Shown in pieces: positions 37,285-43,387 of a stretch of DNA of 64,000 nt. Position 1 is the stretch's first letter. Every line of letters begins with the position of its first letter. The notes beneath the pieces were generated by a model. That model had not been told where the DNA came from. It was given only the letters and a program-made list of their open reading frames with translations, and did no database searches. Position numbers and translations under genes: made by a program. Origin of the DNA: Candidatus Lambdaproteobacteria bacterium RIFOXYD2_FULL_56_26. GTDB taxonomy: Bacteria > SAR324 > XYD2-FULL-50-16. The stretch lies in the NCBI GenBank assembly GCA_001783715.1, contig MFNF01000055.1:2849-66848 (forward strand), in the 5' to 3' direction.

Positions 37285-38808
37285 TTATTTGGAAAGAAGT
37301 CGCAGCAACAAGGGAGCCTTTTGGTAGAAAAAAAACTCCCAGTAAAATTGGTACCACCCCCGGCGGAACCGGAGGTTGGAAAAGGGGCTGTAGGCCCAAC
37401 TGAACAACCGCAAGATCCGGTACATGGCGTTTTTTCCGCTGGTGACCTTAAAGATTTTTTGGTCGATAAAGTAGGACCCCAACACCAAGAGGTTGCAAAA
37501 CTCTCGGGTTTCTTGGGTTTCCCAAGGGGCTCGGTAGTTCCCCTCCACTTCCACTTCCACCCATTGGCCCACCGAAGAGGGAGGGGTGAATTTCCAGTTG
37601 GCCGAGGCATAGTCGAACAGCTCGGTGCCCGGCAGCGGGCGGAACCGGTTGGGGGTGAAGATGATGGCCCTGGGGTTGTCTTCAATCAGCCGTAAGATCA
37701 AGTCCCGGGTCTGTTTGAGGTCGGTCAGGGTTTCGCCGGGGATCCCTACGATAAAGTTGTACCCCGCCGTGATCTCCTTGTGTCGGGCCAATTTCTGGTT
37801 GCATTCGATGATGTCTTCGACGGTGCAGTTTTTTTTGAACAGCTCCAGCATTTGGTTGCTGCCGCTTTCGGCTCCGATGTGCAGGATGTTGGTACCGGCG
37901 TTGGCCAACTTGCTCAAAAAGTCATCGGACATCTTTTTGATTTCGTTGATCCTCGCACCCCGAAAGCCCAGGCGAACCTTGAGGCCCCGGCGGCTGATCT
38001 CGTCGATGATCGACTCCACATGCTGGAGGTTCACAAAGGAGTCGTCGTCGATAAAATAAATGTAGGAGGCTTGGTACCGGTCCACCAAAAACTGGATGTG
38101 GTCCACCACTTCCACCACGTCCACCCGCTCCCACTTGCGGGCGTAGCCCTGCAGCGCCGCCGGGGTGCTGCAAAAGGTGCATTTGTAGGGGCAGCCGTAA
38201 ACGCTGTACATGGAAAAGATGAACCCCATGTCCTCCAACTGTCCGTACCGGCCATAGTCGGGGATCAGGTGGTAGGGGATCTTCTTGTAGTTGATGTATT
38301 CAAACTGCTTGGCTGGGGGCCAGGACCGCAGTTGGCCGTCCTGTTTGAGGTAAAGCCCGGCAATCTGGTCGGGCCGGGTCCCTTGGGCCAAGGCTTGGGT
38401 CAACAGGGCCAAGGGTTTGGAACCATAGCCGCTGATGACATAGTCGCAGGCCGGGGTAAAGGTGAAGGGGGTTTCGGGGTAAAAGGTCGGATGGGGGCCG
38501 CCCCAAATCACCGGCAGGTCCGGGCGCTTTTCCTTGGCAAACTCGCTGACCTCGATGGCGTTCAAGATCGGTTTTCCGGTCATTACGCTGACCCCAACCG
38601 CAAGCAGGGAAGGATCGGCCAACTTTTGGGCCAACACTTCCTTCCAGTCTTGCAGGTGGAGCCGGTTGTCCAGGAGTTCCACCCCATACCCGGCTTCGAT
38701 CACCTCAATGGAGGTGTAAAGCAGGCTCAGAGGGGCATGGCGGACAAAATTCCCCGAAAGCCCCATGTGAGGATAAACCAAAAGCAATTTGTTTTTTTGG
38801 GGATTCAT
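37285..38808 (-). CDS. B12-binding-domain radical SAM enzyme, copy 4
   Basis: Start chosen at ATG 38808 (MNPQKNKLLLVYPHMG). B12-binding-like LLAVGVSVMTGKPI...VIWGGPHPTF, then SVYGCPYKCTFCSTP and LHIGAESGS. Confidence 0.85.
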   Translation of the reverse strand: MNPQKNKLLLVYPHMGLSGNFVRHAPLSLLYTSIEVIEAGYGVELLDNRLHLQDWKEVLAQKLADPSLLAVGVSVMTGKPILNAIEVSEFAKEKRPDLPVIWGGPHPTFYPETPFTFTPACDYVISGYGSKPLALLTQALAQGTRPDQIAGLYLKQDGQLRSWPPAKQFEYINYKKIPYHLIPDYGRYGQLEDMGFIFSMYSVYGCPYKCTFCSTPAALQGYARKWERVDVVEVVDHIQFLVDRYQASYIYFIDDDSFVNLQHVESIIDEISRRGLKVRLGFRGARINEIKKMSDDFLSKLANAGTNILHIGAESGSNQMLELFKKNCTVEDIIECNQKLARHKEITAGYNFIVGIPGETLTDLKQTRDLILRLIEDNPRAIIFTPNRFRPLPGTELFDYASANWKFTPPSSVGQWVEVEVEGNYRAPWETQETREFCNLLVLGSYFIDQKIFKVTSGKNAMYRILRLFSWAYSPFSNLRFRRGWYQFYWEFFFYQKAPLLLRLLSK

Positions 38809-38962
38809 ACAACCATTGGACCTGCAACCGGCACCGGGCCACCGGGGCGCAAAATTTTTAATGGGGAGTTTAAGCCCCAAAGGGCCAAACGACCGCCTCC
38901 CAAAGCCTACCTCAGGGCTCCGATTGTCTCACCTTTTGCCAGGAAAGGAAATGGGTAATCCG

Positions 38963-38984
38963 CACAAACCCTTCGTGGGAAGGG
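38963..38984 (-). terminator. Weak intrinsic-terminator-like hairpin after the Wzy-like gene
   Basis: Minus strand reads CCCTTC-CCAC-GAAGGG followed by TTTGTG, starting 37 nt after the stop at 39021. Short stem and a poor U-tract. Confidence 0.25.
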
Positions 38985-39020
38985 CTACAAAGGCAGTCAA
39001 ACCCTGGCCCAAAGGGGGCG

Positions 39021-40247
39021 CTAAAACCTTGGGGTCAGAGGCGAACCGGGCTTGGGTTGGGCGCTCAACGGGGGGACCGCAAAAAAGCTGACCACCAGAC
39101 CGGTCAAAAACAAGGGGTACCAAAAAAAGTCGAAGGCCAGGGAGAAATAAAGGACATAGAGGGTCAGGGTTTTTCTTTGGTCCAGGAGCTTGAGGATTAC
39201 ACCAAAGAAAAAGAGGGAAAGCAACAGCCCACGGGCAATGAAGACCTGTAACAGTCCGGCATTGGCCCCGCCCGAAAGGATGGCTTTTAGGGGCAAGATC
39301 CCGGTGCCAAAAAGGATCTGGTAAAAGTTCAGCGCCTTGTATTCTTCCCAAACATGAAGCATCCGCTTGAGCCGGTCGATTCCCGAGCTGTTGGGCAGCA
39401 GGTCGATGTTCTGGACCAGCAAAACAAAGGTCAACACCGAAACCAGCCCGATCCCCAGCAGGAGCAAGGTGAATTCAACCTTGTAGTCCAAAAGTTTGGT
39501 GACCTTCAGCACAAACCAAACCGCCAAAAAAATGAACAGGGTATAAGACAAGGTCGTCAACCCCGCCGCCAACGCCAAGACCGAAAACCACCGGCCTCGA
39601 ATCTTGCTTTCAAACAGCCTGGGGCCAATGTAGAAGTTGAGCCCGGCAAAAAAGGCCAACAGCCCCGGCTCGTCAAAAAAGCCGCAGACCCTGGGAAACA
39701 TCACCCCGCCCAGGTTTTTGTCCAACAGGTTCCCCAGCAGAGGGTGGAACTGGTAGGGGTAATGGACCGGGAAGGGGAAGGGGCCAAAGCGGAGCAGGCC
39801 CAAAAACTTGGTCGTAAAAGCCGTCAGAGCCAACAAAAAGGTCAGCACCCAAAACCAGACCCACCCCTGGCGCAGATACCGGGCAAACCGGGGCCGGTCC
39901 CTTGCCACCCGGTAGAGCAACATCAGGAACAACAACTTGTTGAGGAAGGAAAAGACCTGGGCCAACGCTTCCCCGCTGAACATCCCATACAGTGAGACCA
40001 AGACCAGAGCGGTCAGGAAGGTCACCGCAAACCGTCCCCCACGGGTGCCCAGATAAACCAGGGTAAGGAAGGCCAGCAGCAAACCCTCGACGGTCAGACG
40101 GTACAGGGACTCAAACCATACATGGGAGACAAAGGGGGGGTAGAGCACGGAGTAGAGCCCCACCAGCCAAACCAACAGCCAGTCGAGCCCCCCAACAATC
40201 CGAACGGAGGTGCCCTGGGCTTTGCCGTAGCCGGTTGCAGAGATCAT
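39021..40247 (-). CDS. O-antigen ligase/polymerase (Wzy/WaaL)-like polytopic membrane protein
   Basis: 408 aa with about 10-12 TM helices, of the size and topology expected for a Wzy_C-type protein inside a glycan locus. The call rests on topology and context only. Confidence 0.45.
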   Translation of the reverse strand: MISATGYGKAQGTSVRIVGGLDWLLVWLVGLYSVLYPPFVSHVWFESLYRLTVEGLLLAFLTLVYLGTRGGRFAVTFLTALVLVSLYGMFSGEALAQVFSFLNKLLFLMLLYRVARDRPRFARYLRQGWVWFWVLTFLLALTAFTTKFLGLLRFGPFPFPVHYPYQFHPLLGNLLDKNLGGVMFPRVCGFFDEPGLLAFFAGLNFYIGPRLFESKIRGRWFSVLALAAGLTTLSYTLFIFLAVWFVLKVTKLLDYKVEFTLLLLGIGLVSVLTFVLLVQNIDLLPNSSGIDRLKRMLHVWEEYKALNFYQILFGTGILPLKAILSGGANAGLLQVFIARGLLLSLFFFGVILKLLDQRKTLTLYVLYFSLAFDFFWYPLFLTGLVVSFFAVPPLSAQPKPGSPLTPRF

Positions 40248-40290
40248 TGGGGTGCCATTGCCAAGGTCGGGGTTAGGGGATCAACAGAGG

Positions 40291-40866
40291 CTAGCTGTAG
40301 ATGAGGGGGCCAAAAAGGTACAAACACTGGGGGCATACCTCTTCCACCAAGTCGGTCTCCTGGCCGCACTTGGGGCAAAGTTTGTGGTCCCAGCCGACCG
40401 AAGCTTGGGGTTTGGGCTCGCCCAGCAGGAGCTTGAACTTCTTTTTTTTGGCCATCATTTGGGCCTGTTCGGCCTTGATCCGCTCTAACTTTTGCAGGTC
40501 CCGCTCCAGGTGTTCCAAGACCAGGGCCAGCAGTTCGGCGTTTTTGGCCTTGTATTTTTTAAGTTCCAAGAGGGCCTTAAAAAAACCAAAGGTCAGGGCC
40601 AAGTCAACCAGACCCAGGGCATAAGGAGCCCAGGAGGGAGCTTGGGAGGGCTCCAAGGAGGCATCAATCAGAAAGCTGACCACCACCACCAAGGTCCCAA
40701 AGGCCAGCAACAGACCCCGGTAGAGGATAAAGATCATCCGGTGTTGCCGCTGGTAAACCTTGAGGTACAAGGAAAGGGGGTTGCCCTCGACCTCGGTGGG
40801 AATCTCCCTTTCCTCCTCCACCCCGAAGGCAAGCTCCCGCAACCGTTGGTCCAGCCTTTTGAGCAT
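40291..40866 (-). CDS. Hypothetical membrane protein with coiled-coil and a C-terminal zinc-ribbon (CPKC...CPQC)
   Basis: Start chosen at ATG 40866 (AAAGGA 6 nt upstream). Two TM helices, a Lys/Glu-rich helix, then CPKCGQETDLVEEVCPQC. Confidence 0.5.
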   Translation of the reverse strand: MLKRLDQRLRELAFGVEEEREIPTEVEGNPLSLYLKVYQRQHRMIFILYRGLLLAFGTLVVVVSFLIDASLEPSQAPSWAPYALGLVDLALTFGFFKALLELKKYKAKNAELLALVLEHLERDLQKLERIKAEQAQMMAKKKKFKLLLGEPKPQASVGWDHKLCPKCGQETDLVEEVCPQCLYLFGPLIYS

Positions 40867-40868
40867 GG

Positions 40869-41549
40869 TTATCCTTTGGCTAAATTGGCAAACCTCGCTT
40901 TGTGCCACTTGACCTTGAACCGCTCGTCAAAAAGTTGGGTCAGGTTGTTGGCCAACTCCAACGCAATCTCTGGTGCGGCCCCCAGTTCGTAGTCAAACAG
41001 CTCCTGCTCCACTCCGGCGGTCCAGAGGATCAAGCCCGAAGAAGCGTCCACCAGACGCAACTTCAACCTCAAGGTACTCTTGTTTGAGCAGGTCGGGCAA
41101 GGCCACAAGGAAACATGAAAGACCAAAAGGTCGTCCACGTTGAGGTACTGGCCCAAGGGGTTGGCCAAGTCCTTGTCCGAAACCGCCACGTTGGTCAGGC
41201 TGTCCAGGTAGATCTCCGAATTGACCCGCATCTGCCGGTCTTCCTGGAGCCTTGTATTCAGGTCTTCGTTGCGCAGGAGCACCGGGAAAAAGCCCATCTG
41301 CTCCACTGCGGCAAATACTTTTGCTTCCATGGGGGCCTTTACGTCCTCGGGCACTTCCTTGTGGTTGAGCAGCACAAAAAATCCGGCTGAAAGTCCTAAA
41401 AAATCACGGTTTTGCAGGGTCCCCGCCAGTCCTTTGGTTTCTTCAAAGTGTCGTTCCGCCGTTTTGGAGATCTGTTCGGAGGTCAAGGTCGCCGAGCAGG
41501 AGCTCAAACCGAGCCCCAGGCAGAAGAGAAAAAAGGTGCTTCGTTTCAA
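40869..41549 (-). CDS. Lipoprotein, unknown function
   Basis: MKRSTFFLFCLGLGLSSCS is a signal peptide with lipobox L-S-S-C. The ATG overlaps the amidase stop (ATGA). Confidence 0.65.
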   Translation of the reverse strand: MKRSTFFLFCLGLGLSSCSATLTSEQISKTAERHFEETKGLAGTLQNRDFLGLSAGFFVLLNHKEVPEDVKAPMEAKVFAAVEQMGFFPVLLRNEDLNTRLQEDRQMRVNSEIYLDSLTNVAVSDKDLANPLGQYLNVDDLLVFHVSLWPCPTCSNKSTLRLKLRLVDASSGLILWTAGVEQELFDYELGAAPEIALELANNLTQLFDERFKVKWHKARFANLAKG

Positions 41550-43387
41550 GTTCGGTCCATGTAAGAAAAGAGTCCCTGGTAGATTCCCAAGGCCAGGATC
41601 TTCCGGTACTTCGGGTCTCGCAACAGGTCGTTTTCGGTTTTGTTGGTGATGAATCCGGCCTCCACCAGGATGCTGGGCATTCTGGCCCCCAAAAGCACGA
41701 AAAAGGGAGCCTGCTTGACCCCCAGGGAGCGCAGCTGGATCCGGTTGGAAGACCGGGCTTGGTTGACCGCCCCGTCTTGGATCAGTTTGGCCAGTTGGGT
41801 GGATTCCTGGATCTTGGAATGGGTCATCAGGTCGTGCAATAGCCCTTGCAAGTGCCGTATGGACTTGAGGCTGGTTTGGTTTTCCTTGGCCGCCAAGGAA
41901 AGGGCGTAGGCATCGGTGGTCAAGTTCAAGTAGTAGGTCTCAATGCCGCTGACGCTGCTTTTGCGGTGGGCATTGAGGTGGATGGATACAAAAATATCCC
42001 CTTGGTTTTTGTTGGCAAAGGCGGTCCGAGCTTCCAGCGGGATAAACTTGTCGGTCTCCCGGGTCATCATCACTTCCACTTCCGGGTTTTTTTGCTGGAG
42101 GATTTTACGTAGTTCCAGGGCCAACTCCAGGACCAAGTCCTTTTCCTTGAGCCCGAAGGCCATGGCTCCGGGGTCCCTGCCGCCATGTCCGGGGTCGAGG
42201 ATGACCCGGCTGACCTTGAGCCCCAGGGCCCGAGAAAGGGTGGTTGCCTCCACGTCCGCCTTGGAGGGGGCCGTGCCGTTGAGCGGTCCGTTTTTGGCCG
42301 GTAGTGCCGGTGCCGGGGCCGTCGCCACCGGGGTGGCGGGAGCGGTTTCCGCAGCCGGACCGGGACTGTCGGCAATGGCCTCGGAACCCAAGATGTCCAC
42401 GATGATCTTGTATTGGTCTGGGGACTCAAAAGGATAAACCCGAATCCGGTCCAAGCTGGCCAGATCCAGTACCACCCGGACCGTATCCTTGTCGAACTGG
42501 GCGATTCTGGCTTGTTTGATCAATCCGTCTTCGGCGGCAATCCGGTCCTTGAACTTGCGGGGCAAAAAACTCTTGTCCAGGTCCAGGTACATCCGCCTGC
42601 CCTTGCCTTGGGCCTTGTCTTCCTTGAGCACCTGATACTTAAAGCGGACCGGGTCGGCTACGTTGATCACCAACCGGGACCAGTCGGAGTTGGACCAGTA
42701 TTCCACGTTGGCGACCAGACTTTTTTTCTTCTTCTGCTGCTCTTCCTTTTCACTCAGGCCGCCGTACCTCGCTTGGGTCAGGTCGCCGGGGCGCAGGGCG
42801 CTTGCGGGGGGGGGCGGCACCACCGGAGGCGGGTTGGCCGGAGGTTGGGGGCTGGGGGCGGCCAGCCGCAGGTCTTGGGTCGGAGGTCCCAATTGTTCCA
42901 ATTTTTTGCGGGCAATCGGGGCGAAGTCCCCTTTGGGGAAAAGGTCGATGACCTTTTGGTATTCCACCGAGGCTTGGGAGGGTTGGTCCTTGTATTCCTC
43001 AAAGATCAGGCCGATCTCAAATTGGGCATCGTCGGCGATTTTCTCTTGGGGGTAACTGATCACCAACTTGCGGTAGGCCTGGATCGCTTGGTCCAGGTAC
43101 CGGTCGTTGTGGCTCCACTTGTACAAGGAATGGTAGAGCTTCCCATTGTTGTAGAGCGCCTGGGGTGCATGCTTGTGGCCAGGGTGATCGGCGGCGATGG
43201 CCTCAAACTTGGCAATGGTTTTTAAGAAGTTGTCCGCCCGCTCCCGGAAGGGGCCGGGCCGGTAAAGCCGGTAAAAGTCCTGGGCCGCCCTTTGGTAGTC
43301 CCGTTCCACCGAGTCTGCCCGCAACTCGGCCAGACCCAAACCGGGGGCCAAGAGAAACAGCAGAAAGGCGACCCAAAAAACTCTCAT
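41546..43387 (-). CDS. N-acetylmuramoyl-L-alanine amidase (Amidase_3, AmiC-like) with N-terminal TPR (YbgF/BamD-like) repeats, a Pro-rich linker and an AMIN domain
   Basis: Signal peptide. TPR-like QALYNNGKLYHSLYKW...AIQAYRKLVISYP...AQFEIGLIFEE. PSPQPPANPPPVVPPPPAS linker. AMIN-like TVRVVLDLASLDRIRVYPFESPDQYKIIVDI. Amidase_3 motifs ILDPGHGGRDPGA and SIHLNA. Confidence 0.85.
   Translation of the reverse strand: MRVFWVAFLLFLLAPGLGLAELRADSVERDYQRAAQDFYRLYRPGPFRERADNFLKTIAKFEAIAADHPGHKHAPQALYNNGKLYHSLYKWSHNDRYLDQAIQAYRKLVISYPQEKIADDAQFEIGLIFEEYKDQPSQASVEYQKVIDLFPKGDFAPIARKKLEQLGPPTQDLRLAAPSPQPPANPPPVVPPPPASALRPGDLTQARYGGLSEKEEQQKKKKSLVANVEYWSNSDWSRLVINVADPVRFKYQVLKEDKAQGKGRRMYLDLDKSFLPRKFKDRIAAEDGLIKQARIAQFDKDTVRVVLDLASLDRIRVYPFESPDQYKIIVDILGSEAIADSPGPAAETAPATPVATAPAPALPAKNGPLNGTAPSKADVEATTLSRALGLKVSRVILDPGHGGRDPGAMAFGLKEKDLVLELALELRKILQQKNPEVEVMMTRETDKFIPLEARTAFANKNQGDIFVSIHLNAHRKSSVSGIETYYLNLTTDAYALSLAAKENQTSLKSIRHLQGLLHDLMTHSKIQESTQLAKLIQDGAVNQARSSNRIQLRSLGVKQAPFFVLLGARMPSILVEAGFITNKTENDLLRDPKYRKILALGIYQGLFSYMDRT

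Noticed and set aside
803-38808. RiPP (peptide natural product) cluster explaining the radical SAM enzymes
   Set aside because: I found no plausible short precursor-peptide ORF next to any of them, and no peptidase, RRE-type or ABC exporter gene. All neighbours are glycan or membrane enzymes.
37780-38958. 392-aa plus-strand ORF antisense to radical SAM copy 4. The same situation applies to 57717-58880 (antisense to the porin-like gene), 21831-22946 and 23093-24034 (antisense to the SDR genes), 52370-53254 (mirror of the DUF58 gene), 43790-44509 (antisense to mutS) and 59273-60058 (antisense to the MBL gene).
   Set aside because: All have biased G/V/P/Q/L-rich translations without motifs. Each overlaps an ORF with strong family signatures on the opposite strand.
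42816-42824. G9 (C9 on the coding strand) run in the amidase gene as a phase-variation tract
   Set aside because: It encodes part of a poly-proline linker (PPPP) in a cell-division-type enzyme. It is more likely a by-product of codon choice, and serves as a caution for the G10 finding.
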